From an uncultured delta proteobacterium (GTDB lineage: Bacteria > Myxococcota_A > Polyangia > Polyangiales > JAFGIB01), in assembly GCA_963778655.1 (NCBI GenBank), contig CAVZVA010000011.1, positions 448,001-512,000 of the forward strand: a stretch of DNA of 64,000 nucleotides, written 5' to 3'. The notes beneath the pieces were generated by a model. The model was given only the letters and a program-made list of their open reading frames with translations. It did not search any database and was not told the DNA's origin. A program made the translations under genes and the position numbers. Positions 26,938 to 37,189 of this stretch are shown in pieces; position 1 is the stretch's first letter; every line of letters begins with the position of its first letter.

Positions 26938-29022
26938 TTACAGCGTCTGTAGGTACGCCACCAGGTCGTCGAGCTGCGCGTCGTCGAGCTGCGCCGTCTG
27001 TCCGTGCTTGTCGCCGCCACAGCTCGGGTCGAAACGATCACGCAGCGTGGCCGCACAACCGTTGTGCAGGAATGGCGCGCGGTAAGCCACGCCCACCAGC
27101 GAGGGCACCTGGAACATGCCGCCGGTGCCCACGTCCACCGTCTTGTTGTTGGTGAGCTTGGGGCCGTTGTGACAGTCCGCGCAGCCCACGTCCTGCGCCT
27201 CGAACAGCGCCTTGCCGCGCAGCGCCGCAGGGTCGTCCGCGCTGCGCATGCGCGTCGGCGGCTGTTGGGCGTAGAGCCAGTGGCCGAGCGCGTCGATCCG
27301 CTCGGCGCTCTGGGGCGCGCCGCCCATGCGGTCGACCAGCACGTTGCTGACCAGCATGGTCAGATCCTTCATGTCGCCGCCCCAGTGAAATGGCGCCGTG
27401 CCCTCGAGCCCGACGTTGATCGACTGCGTGCGGCGGGGGCCGAGCCCGCTGAACTGCCACACGTGGCCGTCGTCGCCGCCCTCACCGTGACACGATGCAC
27501 ACGCGATGCCGCCGCCCGCGTCGCGGTGAAACAGCTCGTGGCCGGTGTCCAATCGGCTCTCGCCGCCGAGCGAGATGTCGTGCGAGCCCGCCCCACTCAG
27601 CACGCTCAGCAAGGCCGGCTCGCGGCTCTGTACCACCAGCGCTCCATCGGCCGTGTAGGCCACGGCGATCGGCTGGCCGTTGACCTGCATCGGCTGGCCG
27701 GCACAGGTATCCGGAACGCTGTTGTCAGCTCCGAAGCTCTGCGTGGACGCGGGCAGCACGGTCACCGTTCCGGTGCCGCCGGGCTCGCCGCCGAAGTTGA
27801 CGCCGGGCGGGAACACCCCAGGCGGCAGCATGCCGAAAAACGCCGCGGCGCCGCCCTGATCGCGGGTGCCCGCGCTGGCCACCGCGAGCGAGCCGTCGGG
27901 CGCGACCGCGACGTCCACCGGCAGCACTGCGCTGGCGATGCTGGCGGACTGCACCACGCCGCCGTTCTGATCGAGGATGCTGACGCCGGTCTCGACGATG
28001 CTCTGGCAGCTGTCGCCGTCGCCGTACGCGCTGGCGCCGCCGCCCGGCCCGGTCGTGCTCGGCGCGTCGGCCGAGCCGGGATCGTGCGGATCGGGGATCC
28101 GCACCGTATCCGTCATCTCGCGCTCGTGCAGCATTAACACGCGGCCGTCGCGCGTGGCGACCGCGCGCCGCGCCAGCGCGGGCTCGAAGGGGTGCGAGGC
28201 CGTATCGGTGATGCCGGTCTGGGGGTCGAGGGTGACCAGCGAGAGCAGCGCCGGATCCGGTCGATGCTGGTCGACCACCGCACCCTCGGCGTCGAGCTCG
28301 AGCAGGCTCGCGGATTTGAACTGCGTCACGAACACCCGACCGGCCTGCACCACCACGTCGCGCAGATCGGGCGCGACCTGGACGCGGCGCGTGAGCTCAC
28401 CCTGGCCGGCCGGCAGCGTGACCAAATCTCCGCTCTCGCACGCCACCAGCAGCGCGTCGCTGCCGGCGTCATAGGCGATGCCCCGCGGCGCCGCGCACGC
28501 GGCGCGCCGCTCGACCAGCGCCGGCTTGGCGATGTCGAGCGTGGCTACCGCATCGGCGCCGCGCAGCACGACATACACACGCCCGGCCGCGTCCTGCGCC
28601 AGCCGCCCGGGTTGATCGCCTGCGTCGAGCGCGATCTGACCCACGACCGTATTGCTGCGCAGGTCGACCACCGACACCCGATCGCGATCGGGATCGGCCG
28701 CCACCGCGGTGTAGCCGTCGCGCGCGATCATCAGCGTGCCGCCGCTGATCGGAGGCGGCGGGGTCGCGGCGATCACCGGCACGCGGGTGTCGGTGCCTTG
28801 CATGCTGCCGAAGCCCGAGCTCGCGACGTCCGGCGGCACCGCGCTGCTGGAGCTGCCGGCGGACGAGCCCGGCGCTGTGCCCGCGCTGCCCTGCGGCGAA
28901 GGCGCGCCGGGCGCCGCAGAGCTCCCGGCCGGCACCGTGCTCTGCTGCGCCGGCACGCCGCAGGCGCCGAGCAACACACCCAACCCCATCGCCCAATACA
29001 CGCGCACCGTAGCTTGCGTCAT
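26938..29022 (-). CDS. Lipoprotein with YncE-like beta-propeller and di-heme cytochrome c (CCP/MauG-like) domain
   Basis: Lipobox LLGAC, propeller repeats, CASCH and CADCH heme motifs, VPSLVGVAYRAPFLHNG. Confidence 0.82.
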   Translation of the reverse strand: MTQATVRVYWAMGLGVLLGACGVPAQQSTVPAGSSAAPGAPSPQGSAGTAPGSSAGSSSSAVPPDVASSGFGSMQGTDTRVPVIAATPPPPISGGTLMIARDGYTAVAADPDRDRVSVVDLRSNTVVGQIALDAGDQPGRLAQDAAGRVYVVLRGADAVATLDIAKPALVERRAACAAPRGIAYDAGSDALLVACESGDLVTLPAGQGELTRRVQVAPDLRDVVVQAGRVFVTQFKSASLLELDAEGAVVDQHRPDPALLSLVTLDPQTGITDTASHPFEPALARRAVATRDGRVLMLHEREMTDTVRIPDPHDPGSADAPSTTGPGGGASAYGDGDSCQSIVETGVSILDQNGGVVQSASIASAVLPVDVAVAPDGSLAVASAGTRDQGGAAAFFGMLPPGVFPPGVNFGGEPGGTGTVTVLPASTQSFGADNSVPDTCAGQPMQVNGQPIAVAYTADGALVVQSREPALLSVLSGAGSHDISLGGESRLDTGHELFHRDAGGGIACASCHGEGGDDGHVWQFSGLGPRRTQSINVGLEGTAPFHWGGDMKDLTMLVSNVLVDRMGGAPQSAERIDALGHWLYAQQPPTRMRSADDPAALRGKALFEAQDVGCADCHNGPKLTNNKTVDVGTGGMFQVPSLVGVAYRAPFLHNGCAATLRDRFDPSCGGDKHGQTAQLDDAQLDDLVAYLQTL

Positions 29023-29234
29023 GGCTCCCTCTCCGCGACCCCCCCTGGGGTGTCTGCACGCAATAGCAACGACCGATCCAGACTGAAGCACAATGCCTGC
29101 GCGAGCAAGCGGACCGCGGGAGCTTCACAGCCTGAGCACCCCGAGTCGGAGCCAGCGCTCACGTTGACGCGCAAGCAGCTCGGGGTGGTGGCGCAAGAGC
29201 CGATGCTCTTGCACAGTGAGCGCGGGAGGCGGGG

Positions 29235-30659
29235 ATGCGCGCGCGAATCTCGGTGGTGGCGGGGCTGTCTCTGGCGTGCTGCGCGTGCGGCGGCAGCCAG
29301 CGAAGCGCGATCGCGGTCGGCAAGGACGGGGGTGGCAGGGCCGGCGCGGCCAGCATGACGGGTGACGCAGGCGCCCTCAACGGAACGACGGCGGGGCCGG
29401 CCGGGATCGGTGGCCAGCCCCCACCGATCTCGGCGGGAAGCATGGCCGTCCCCACCGGACCCTGCTTGCCCTGCGGCAACGGCTGCCTGGCTTGTGGCGG
29501 GGTGTGCTCGTGCTCGAGCGGGGCCGCCGCCCCGGTGCCGTGGAACCCACCATTCGACCACACCGGCGATCCGGGCTGGAAGGACGGCAGCACCCCGCTG
29601 TGCAGCGGGATCGATCAGAGCACCGGCCTCGACGTGTGGAGCGACGGCTCCGGCGTATACGTGCTGGTCAGCGGCACGGGCAATCCGGCGGCCACGCTGG
29701 GCGCGTCGATCGACGAAGATGCAGGCGCTGGCCCGGCGGACGCAGGCGGCGTGACCACGAGCGACCAGTACGGCCCGCGCACCGCGATCTGGCACGACGA
29801 CGGCAGCGGCTGGAAGCTCCAACTGGAGCGACCCGGCGTGGCCGGCGCGTTTGCGCTGACCGGATCGCCGAGCGGCGCGCTCCTGATCAACGACCCGCAG
29901 AGCGCCACCGATCCCAACGCGCAGCTGCCGCCCAACTTGATGCTCCCCGGGACGATCACACCGGAGATCCCGTGCTCCCTCGGCGTCGCGCACGGCAGCA
30001 CGCTGGACTGCCTGGATCTCGATCCGGTGCAGAGCGTGTTCGCGGTCGATCCCCAGCTGGCGTATGCCGTGATGGGAGGCACGCGGCTGCTCTCTTACGA
30101 CGGCACGCAGTGGCACGCGAACGCCGCGCTCATCCCCTACCCGGTGACCGCGCTGTGGGCCGACCACGACGGCGTGCTGGCGGTCGGCCACGCAGGGACC
30201 GTGCTGCGGTTGGAGCAAGACGGCTGGGTGCTCGACGACCCGGGAACGCTCGAGCACATCACCAGCGTGTGGGGGAGCGCGCGCGATGACCTGTGGCTCG
30301 GCACCTCGCAGGGCAACATCATCCACTACGACGGGATGCAGTGGACGCCGATGGGCCACGTGGGCGGCGTGACCTGCAGCGCGGTCACGCCGATCCGCGG
30401 CATCTGGGGGGCGGGCGGCACGGTCTACTTCTACAGCGACGAGGCGCTCGTGCGCTGGAACGGCTCGGAGCTCGAATCGATCGGCAACTGGTCGTGCGCA
30501 GTGACCAACGGCCTGGGCGGTACCACCATCACCGGGCTGTGGGGCAACGCCCCCGACGAGGTGTTCCTTACGATGCTCGATCCCAACCGCAGCGGCGTGG
30601 ATCCATGCGGCGTCGCCTTCGCGGTGAACTTCGATGGCAGCACCTTCCATCGCATGTGA
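29235..30659 (+). CDS. Lipoprotein with beta-propeller repeats
   Basis: Cys-containing signal; repeated (V/L/I)WG..D..(W/F) and YDGTQW/YDGMQW/FDGSTF motifs. Confidence 0.7.
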   Translation: MRARISVVAGLSLACCACGGSQRSAIAVGKDGGGRAGAASMTGDAGALNGTTAGPAGIGGQPPPISAGSMAVPTGPCLPCGNGCLACGGVCSCSSGAAAPVPWNPPFDHTGDPGWKDGSTPLCSGIDQSTGLDVWSDGSGVYVLVSGTGNPAATLGASIDEDAGAGPADAGGVTTSDQYGPRTAIWHDDGSGWKLQLERPGVAGAFALTGSPSGALLINDPQSATDPNAQLPPNLMLPGTITPEIPCSLGVAHGSTLDCLDLDPVQSVFAVDPQLAYAVMGGTRLLSYDGTQWHANAALIPYPVTALWADHDGVLAVGHAGTVLRLEQDGWVLDDPGTLEHITSVWGSARDDLWLGTSQGNIIHYDGMQWTPMGHVGGVTCSAVTPIRGIWGAGGTVYFYSDEALVRWNGSELESIGNWSCAVTNGLGGTTITGLWGNAPDEVFLTMLDPNRSGVDPCGVAFAVNFDGSTFHRM

Positions 30660-30761
30660 CAGGAGGGCGGCCCGGACCGCGGCAATCCCGCAGCCGTCCC
30701 CGTCCCCGTCCTCTCAGTCGGTCCTGGTAGTCGCAGTCGGTCCTCGTCCTCGTAGTCCTTG

Positions 30762-32042
30762 CTACCCGCCCGCCAGCTCCGCGATCGCGGCGGTGAGCTG
30801 CGAGAGCTCGTTCGGCTCGATCACGTAGGGCGGCATCACGTAGACCAGCTTGCCGAAGGGCCGGATCCACACCCCGCGCTCGACGAAGCGCCGCTGCGCG
30901 GCCGCGACATCGACCGCTTGCTTCATCTCGACCACGCCGATCGCGCCCAGCACGCGCACGTCCGCGACCGCGGGCAGCGCGCGGCAAGGCTCGAGCTCGG
31001 CGCGCAGCTGGGCCTCGATCCGCCCGACGCGGCCCTGCCAGTCGGTGTCGAGCAGGGTCTGCACGCTGGCGCGCGCCACCGCGCAGGCCAGCGGGTTGGC
31101 CATGAAGGTGGGCCCGTGCATCAGCACGCCGCCGCCCTCACCGGCCGAGATGCCGTCGGCCACGCGCGCGCTGCACAGCGTGGCGGCCAGCGTGAGGTAG
31201 CCGCCGGTCAGCGCCTTGCCCAGACACAGGATGTCGGGGCGGACGCCTGCGTGCTCGCAGGCGAACAGCTTGCCGCTGCGCCCGAAGCCGGTCGCGATCT
31301 CGTCCGCGATCAGCAGCAGCCCGTGCGCGTCGCACAGCGCGCGCACCACGCGCAGGTATTGCGGGTGGTAGAAGCGCATCCCGCCCGCGCCCTGCACCAC
31401 CGGCTCGAGGATGACCGCGCACAGCTCCTCGGCGTGCGCGGCGATCAGATGCTCGATCTCGGCGCTCGCGCGCGCGTCCCAAGGCTCGCCGAAGCGGCAG
31501 CTCGGTACCGGCGCGAACAGCTGCTGCGCCAGCGCACCGGCGAACAGGTGGTGCATGCCGGTGTGCGGATCGCAGACCGACATCGCGCCCAGCGTGTCGC
31601 CGTGATAGCCGCCGGCCAGCGCGAGCACGCGCCGCCTGCGCGGCTTGCCCAGTGCCTGCTGGAACTGCAGCGCCATCTTGAGCGCCACCTCCACGCTGAC
31701 CGAGCCCGAGTCGCAGAAGAACAGGTGCGGCAGCGAGGTGAGCGCGCACAGCGTCTTGCCGAGCTCGATCGCGGGCTCGTGGGTCAGCCCGCCGAACATG
31801 ACGTGCGCCATGCGCTGCAGCTGCTGCTGCAGCGCCGCGTTGAGCGCCGGGTGGTTGTAGCCGTGGATCGCGCACCACCAGGAGGCCATGCCGTCGATCA
31901 GGCTGCGCCCGTCCGCGAGCTGCAGGCGCACGCCCGACGCGCCCGTCACCGCGTAGACCGGCAGCGGGTCGCGCATCGAGGTGTAGGGGTGCCACAGGTG
32001 CTCGCGGTCGAAGGCGAGCTGCGCGGCGTCCGGCAGGGGCAT
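30762..32042 (-). CDS. bioA: Adenosylmethionine-8-amino-7-oxononanoate transaminase
   Basis: [58 protein letters not shown]. Confidence 0.95.
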   Translation of the reverse strand: MPLPDAAQLAFDREHLWHPYTSMRDPLPVYAVTGASGVRLQLADGRSLIDGMASWWCAIHGYNHPALNAALQQQLQRMAHVMFGGLTHEPAIELGKTLCALTSLPHLFFCDSGSVSVEVALKMALQFQQALGKPRRRRVLALAGGYHGDTLGAMSVCDPHTGMHHLFAGALAQQLFAPVPSCRFGEPWDARASAEIEHLIAAHAEELCAVILEPVVQGAGGMRFYHPQYLRVVRALCDAHGLLLIADEIATGFGRSGKLFACEHAGVRPDILCLGKALTGGYLTLAATLCSARVADGISAGEGGGVLMHGPTFMANPLACAVARASVQTLLDTDWQGRVGRIEAQLRAELEPCRALPAVADVRVLGAIGVVEMKQAVDVAAAQRRFVERGVWIRPFGKLVYVMPPYVIEPNELSQLTAAIAELAGG

Positions 32043-32184
32043 CGGAGCTGTCCTATCATGCCCCAGCCCCCGGCACAGCGGCCGCGCGCGCAGGGCGATC
32101 GGCGCCGAACGGGGAGCGGGCGCGCCTCGGGACTGGCGCGCGGGCGCGCGAGCGACTAGGCTCGCCGCGCCCGGGCACCGCACC

Positions 32185-32436
32185 ATGCAGCGCAGCGACA
32201 TCATCCGTGCGATCCAGCAGTACGCCCACGAGATCACGGAGCGCGAGTTCCCGCCCTTCAGCGAGACGCTGGTGATCGCCGAGCTCGGCATGGACTCGCT
32301 CAGCACGCTGGAGATGGTCGGGATGATCGAGCGCGAGCTGAGCGTCCACCTGCCGACCGACGAGCTGACCGACATCCACACCGTCGGCGAGCTCGCCGAC
32401 CTGATCGAGCACAAGCTGCGGCTCGCTCAGCGGTAG
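32185..32436 (+). CDS. Acyl carrier protein
   Basis: 83 aa, acidic, [13 protein letters not shown] phosphopantetheine site, TVGEL. Confidence 0.85.
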   Translation: MQRSDIIRAIQQYAHEITEREFPPFSETLVIAELGMDSLSTLEMVGMIERELSVHLPTDELTDIHTVGELADLIEHKLRLAQR

Positions 32437-33542
32437 AACCAGTCCAGCAGCTCGGCCGAGAACAGCACGTCGCCCTGCACCCGTAGCTCTCCGGTGCCGA
32501 ACACCTCGTTGAAGCTGCGCAAGTTGCTGCTGGTCTCGAGCAGGACGCGCAGCGAGAGCGCCAGCGTGCAGCGCGCCGGCCGTCCGTCGCAGCCGGCGTC
32601 CACCGCGCACGCGTCGTGGTCGATCACCAGACGGCGGCAGATCGTGTCCTGCGGAGCGCTGATCATATAGGCGACGATCGCGCTGCGGCCCGCGGCCAGC
32701 GCGGGCAGGAAGCGCGTGCTCATCGCGTGCAGCACCGCGTCCACCACCGCTTCGGCGCCGCCGAGCTGCGCGATCAGCGCGGCGTCGTCGTAGGCTGCCA
32801 CCCGCTCGCGCCATCCGGCCAGCGTGCGGTCCAGGTGCTGCCGCTGCGCGGGGGAGAAGCGCGCGGCCACGATCGTCTCGCGGCTGGGTCCGAGCATGCG
32901 GCGAAACGCGGCGAAGCTCTGCGCGAGATAGGCGTCCGCGAGCATGCGGCCGAGCTCTGCGCGATCGTGAGCCCGGCCTTCCAGCAGAAGCTCGAGCGCC
33001 CACAGAAAGTCGTTCCAGAACAGATCGGCGAGCGCGCGTACCTCGCTCAGGTGCCGGCCTTCGACGCCCAGCTTGGCCGCGACGTTCCACAGCTCGGCGG
33101 CGAGCTCGTCGCGCATGCGGGCCATCGCCGGCCGCAGCGTCTGCCCCAGCGCGGATTGATCGAGCCTGTGGGCGAGCAGCAGCTCGACCAGCGGCCCCTG
33201 CTCCAGCCAGCGATCGAGCGTGGTCTCGAACAGCTGCGCCAGCGCCGTGCGATCGGCCAAGCTGCGCGCGAGCACGTCGCGCCGCAGCGCCCGGTCCATC
33301 GGCGCGAGCTTTTCCAGCACGCGACCCGCGACCACGGCCAGGCACTCCTCGAGCGTCTTGAAGTGCGCGTAGAACAGCGAGTGGTGCACGCCCACGCGCT
33401 TGGTGATGCGGCTGACCGAGACCGCGCCCATGCCCTCGAGCCGCAGCAGATCCAGGGTGGCCTGCAGCAAGCGCTCGCGCGTGCGCTCGCGCCGCTCGTC
33501 GTTGCGCGTGCGCGGCGCGGAGCCGGGCTGCTGAGGCGCCAT
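32427..33542 (-). CDS. TetR-family regulator with C-terminal SCP2-like lipid-binding domain
   Basis: TRERLLQATLDLL..SVSRITKRVGV..LFYAHF HTH; C-terminal RFLPALAAG..CTLAL..FGTGELRVQGD. Confidence 0.75.
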   Translation of the reverse strand: MAPQQPGSAPRTRNDERRERTRERLLQATLDLLRLEGMGAVSVSRITKRVGVHHSLFYAHFKTLEECLAVVAGRVLEKLAPMDRALRRDVLARSLADRTALAQLFETTLDRWLEQGPLVELLLAHRLDQSALGQTLRPAMARMRDELAAELWNVAAKLGVEGRHLSEVRALADLFWNDFLWALELLLEGRAHDRAELGRMLADAYLAQSFAAFRRMLGPSRETIVAARFSPAQRQHLDRTLAGWRERVAAYDDAALIAQLGGAEAVVDAVLHAMSTRFLPALAAGRSAIVAYMISAPQDTICRRLVIDHDACAVDAGCDGRPARCTLALSLRVLLETSSNLRSFNEVFGTGELRVQGDVLFSAELLDWFYR

Positions 33543-33720
33543 CGTGCCAGTATGCGCACGAAGCCGAGTATCTGCACACATACTGTGACTGCTTGGGTGC
33601 CGCACATCCGGGAAGGTCGCCCGAGCTGCGGCTCTTAGCCGGAAGGTTCGGCTCGAGGCGGGGAGCCACGTTCTGTGGGCGAATGGCGCAATGCTGCCCA
33701 GGCGCGGATTCGATGCGCTC

Positions 33721-33810
33721 AGTCAAACAGATGAACAACAGCTCGTGTTTTCATTTATCTGACTGTAACTAAATGAATAAGTAGCATGATTTGAAGATAT
33801 AGACACATTC
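33721..33810. promoter_or_regulatory. AT-rich divergent promoter region with inverted repeats (candidate operator)
   Basis: TTCATTTA-N12-TAAATGAA at 33750-33777 in an AT-rich patch of GC-rich DNA. Confidence 0.5.
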
Positions 33811-33890
33811 TGTGAGCCACTCCACGCGCGGACGTGTACAACGGGGGAAGACGCCTTGGGCATGCCCCGAGAGGGGCGTAGGAGCTCGGC

Positions 33891-35405
33891 TTGAATCGGA
33901 ATCGCACCACCGGGACCGCGGGTGCACGGGCGCAGCCTACGAGCGGGCCGCGACTTGGCTGGCTCGCCCTGGGTCTGCTCTGCGCCTGCAGCGCGAGCAG
34001 CGGCAACGGCGGTCGCACGGAGATGACCGCCGGAACGGGTGGCGGCGGCGGCCGCGGCGCCGGCACGGCCAGCTCGGCGCCCGCGTCGAGCCCGGGCACG
34101 AGCGCCGGGCCGAGCTGCACCCCCGGCGAGCGCACCAGCTGCTACTGCCCCGACGGCACACAGAGCGGCAGCCAGAGCTGCCTCGCGGGCGGCGTGCTCG
34201 GCGCGTGCACCGGCTGCAAGACGCAGCTCGCGAGCACGCCCACCGGCGCCACCCAGCCGAGCGCCGAGCCGGTGCGCGACGGCGCGCTGTGCGCGAAGCT
34301 CAAGGGCCAGATCGGCTGCACCGACCAGAGCTTTCAATCGCAAAAGCTGCCGCCGAGCATCCTGTTTCTGCTCGACCGCAGCGGCAGCATGATGTGCAAC
34401 GCGCCCGAAGCAGGGCAGAGCAGCGAGGACTGCAACGCCAAGGCGCAAACGCTGTTCTTCGACCAGCCGACCAAGTGGGCGATCACCACTTCGGCGCTCG
34501 AGAGCATGCTGATGAAGCTGGTCGACAGCGGCGCGAGCGCCGCCTTGAGCTTCTTCAGCAACGACGACGTGTGCGGCGTCAGCTCCACACCGGCGGTCGC
34601 GCTCGCCAAGGTGGACGCGAGCCAGGTCTCGGCGATGACCGCGGCGCTCGCGGCGACCAACCCCAGCGGCGGCACGCCAATCGTGGGCGCGACCATCCTG
34701 GCCTATGACCACCTGTACGAGGAAGCCGGGCTGGATGCGAGCGGCGGTTGTGCGCAGCCGCCCTGCGGCGCTCCGGGCAACCGCTTCGTGGTGCTGATCA
34801 CCGACGGCGCCGACTCGTGCCCGATGGAGCCACTGCAGGGCGCGTGCGGCGGCGAGGCCTGCACCGACTTCCTGCTCGACCACGCGGTCTCCGAAGCGCG
34901 CGGCGTCAACATCCGCACCTTCGTGATCGGCGTGCCCGGCAGCGAGCCGGCGCGCGGCTTTCTGTCCGAGCTCGCGCTGCGCGGCGGCACCGCCAAGAAC
35001 GGCGGCAACTGCGCGGCCGATCGCCACGCGCAGAGCGGCGACTGCCACTTCGACATGACCACCAGCAGCGACCTGGCCTCGGACCTGAGCGCGGCGCTGG
35101 ACGCGATCAGCGGGGCCGCGCTGAGCTGCGAGTTCCCGGTGCCGCAGGTCCCCGACCGCGCGCCGAGCAAGAACGTCAACGTGCAGTACCGCCCGGGTGG
35201 GGACGGCGACCCGGTGTGTCTGGCCTACGACGAGCGGCCGTGCGACGGCGGCGCCGACGGCTGGCAATTCGCCAAGGACGCCGCGGGCCAGGACGACCTG
35301 TCGCGCGTCGTGTTGTGCGGGACGGCCTGCGACACGGTCAAGAGCGATCCGCACGTGCGCGTGGACGTGGTGCTCGGCTGCCAGGCGCTGACCAGCGTGG
35401 AGTGA
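33891..35405 (+). CDS. Cys-rich vWA-domain lipoprotein (CglB-like architecture)
   Basis: Lipobox LCAC, MIDAS LLDRSGSM, GGTP, VLITDG, TFVIG. Confidence 0.82.
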   Translation: MNRNRTTGTAGARAQPTSGPRLGWLALGLLCACSASSGNGGRTEMTAGTGGGGGRGAGTASSAPASSPGTSAGPSCTPGERTSCYCPDGTQSGSQSCLAGGVLGACTGCKTQLASTPTGATQPSAEPVRDGALCAKLKGQIGCTDQSFQSQKLPPSILFLLDRSGSMMCNAPEAGQSSEDCNAKAQTLFFDQPTKWAITTSALESMLMKLVDSGASAALSFFSNDDVCGVSSTPAVALAKVDASQVSAMTAALAATNPSGGTPIVGATILAYDHLYEEAGLDASGGCAQPPCGAPGNRFVVLITDGADSCPMEPLQGACGGEACTDFLLDHAVSEARGVNIRTFVIGVPGSEPARGFLSELALRGGTAKNGGNCAADRHAQSGDCHFDMTTSSDLASDLSAALDAISGAALSCEFPVPQVPDRAPSKNVNVQYRPGGDGDPVCLAYDERPCDGGADGWQFAKDAAGQDDLSRVVLCGTACDTVKSDPHVRVDVVLGCQALTSVE

Positions 35406-35417
35406 ATAGGAGGCGTA

Positions 35418-36290
35418 ATGCGCAGGCTGTGCTCGGTCTCGTGGTTGTGCCTGCTCGCAGCGTGCGCGGCCGACAGTCCCGACAGCGGCCGCAGCGCGGA
35501 CTCGCTACCGGCCGCGCACCACGGCTCCGCCACCAGCAGCGCGGGCGCGGGCGCGGCCTGCAGCCCGGCCAACCTCACGCGGGCGTGCCGGTGCGGCGCC
35601 GACCCGGGCCGCCAGGTGTGCAGCGCGGGCACATGGAGCGCGTGCGAATGCCTGGGCGGCGGCGCGGGCGCGGGCGGCGCGAGCGCCGGCGGGGCGCTCG
35701 CCACCGGCGGCGATCCTGTAGCCAACAAGCTGCCCGCCAGCTTCGACTGGCTGCGCACCAATCCCACCGCCGGCAGCTCCGACAGCTGCATGCCGGGCCA
35801 CTACGAGGGCATGCTCGACGGCGGCTACCAGAGCCCGGTTGCGTTCGAGGCGCCGGTGCCGATCGTCTCGATCGACGTGACCGGCAACCCGGGTCTGCAG
35901 CTCGACCTGGCGTCGAGCGGCAACGGCGAGCTGTTGACCGTCAGCGGCGGGCACGTCGATGGCACGGCGCTCGCGATCTTTCCCTTCCGCGTGGACTTCG
36001 CCGACGGCCAGCTCGACTGCAGCACCGGCAAGTTCCGCGCGAAGCTCGTCAACGGATCCTACGACGTGTTCTTCGGCCCCTTCATCCCCGGCCAGACCGA
36101 CACCTATTACTTCGAGGGCTACGCGGTCGCCGATTACGACGCGAGCACGCGCTCCTTCGTCAACGGCCGCTGGTCGGTTGCAGAAAACGGTGAGATGCCG
36201 CCCGCGATCGCGACCGACCAGGACCCGCCGGCGTTTCCGCCGGGTTTCTCCGGCGGCACCGGCACCTGGACCGCGAGCTTTGCCCACTGA
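35418..36290 (+). CDS. Hypothetical lipoprotein
   Basis: AGGAGG RBS, lipobox LAAC, Cys-rich N-terminal module similar to the upstream gene. Confidence 0.72.
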   Translation: MRRLCSVSWLCLLAACAADSPDSGRSADSLPAAHHGSATSSAGAGAACSPANLTRACRCGADPGRQVCSAGTWSACECLGGGAGAGGASAGGALATGGDPVANKLPASFDWLRTNPTAGSSDSCMPGHYEGMLDGGYQSPVAFEAPVPIVSIDVTGNPGLQLDLASSGNGELLTVSGGHVDGTALAIFPFRVDFADGQLDCSTGKFRAKLVNGSYDVFFGPFIPGQTDTYYFEGYAVADYDASTRSFVNGRWSVAENGEMPPAIATDQDPPAFPPGFSGGTGTWTASFAH

Positions 36291-36408
36291 GCCCGCAGCG
36301 AAGCCGCGGCAAGGGCCGAGACGCCAGCCCGCGGCACGGCTTGAGGTGGCGCAAGGGCTGCGCATGTAAGCCAAAGTCGGAGTTGCGTCCGCGCATGCCC
36401 GTGCATAC

Positions 36409-37152
36409 TTGGGCGACGTGTCGGTCTTCGCAAATGCGGCCGGCTTGCTGCAGGGCCTGGCGGCAGGCGCAGGCGCGGGCCTGCTGAGCGCACCGCACTG
36501 CGCCGCGATGTGCGGGCCGCTAGCCGGTGCCGTGTGTCAAGGCGGCGGCTCCGGACGCTCGGTGCCCCGCAGCCTGCGCTATCAGCTGGGACGCTTCGCC
36601 GGCTACACCTTCGCCGGAACGCTGGCCGGGCAGGCCGGCGAGGCGGTGGCTGCGCCGCTCGCGCGCCTGCTGCCGTGGTGGCTATTTCCGGGGCTGGTCG
36701 CGCTCGCGTTCGCACTGTGGGGCGTGCGTGTGCTGCGCGCGCGGCGCACGCCGCCCGCGGCCGTCCCGTCCGAGCGCCTGGTCGCGCTCGGACGCCGCCC
36801 GCGTCTCTTCGCGCTGCTGTTGCGGCTGCTGCCGCGCGAGCCGCTCGCGCTCGGGCTGGCCAGCGTGCTGTTGCCGTGCGGTGCGCTCGGCGCCGCGCTG
36901 GCGCTCGCAGCGCTCAGCGGCAGCGCGCAGCGCGGCGGCAGCGTGATGCTCGGCTTCGCGCTGAGCAGCGGCCTCGCGGTGCTGGGCGCGGGCTGGCTGC
37001 TGCGGCGCGCAGCTTCGATGCGAGGCGTGTGGCTGTCGCGCGTGGCGGCGCTGCTGTTGTTCGGCGCCGCAATCGCAACCCTGGCACGTCCCATCCTTGC
37101 GCACGCCAGCGCGCCGCCGTCCTCCCTTCAATCCCACCGCGCCTGTCACTGA
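36409..37152 (+). CDS. cbb3-associated TauE/SafE (DsbD_2-like) membrane protein
   Basis: HCAAMCGPL, YQLGRFAGY, LLPCG motifs; first gene of the cco operon. Confidence 0.85.
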   Translation: MGDVSVFANAAGLLQGLAAGAGAGLLSAPHCAAMCGPLAGAVCQGGGSGRSVPRSLRYQLGRFAGYTFAGTLAGQAGEAVAAPLARLLPWWLFPGLVALAFALWGVRVLRARRTPPAAVPSERLVALGRRPRLFALLLRLLPREPLALGLASVLLPCGALGAALALAALSGSAQRGGSVMLGFALSSGLAVLGAGWLLRRAASMRGVWLSRVAALLLFGAAIATLARPILAHASAPPSSLQSHRACH

Positions 37153-37189
37153 CGGCGCGGCACGAGTGTTGCCTAGCCCACGCACCGCA

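Noticed and set aside
30762..32436. Biotin operon or PKS cluster
   Set aside because: Only bioA and a lone ACP are present; no bioB/D/F or ketosynthase in the window.
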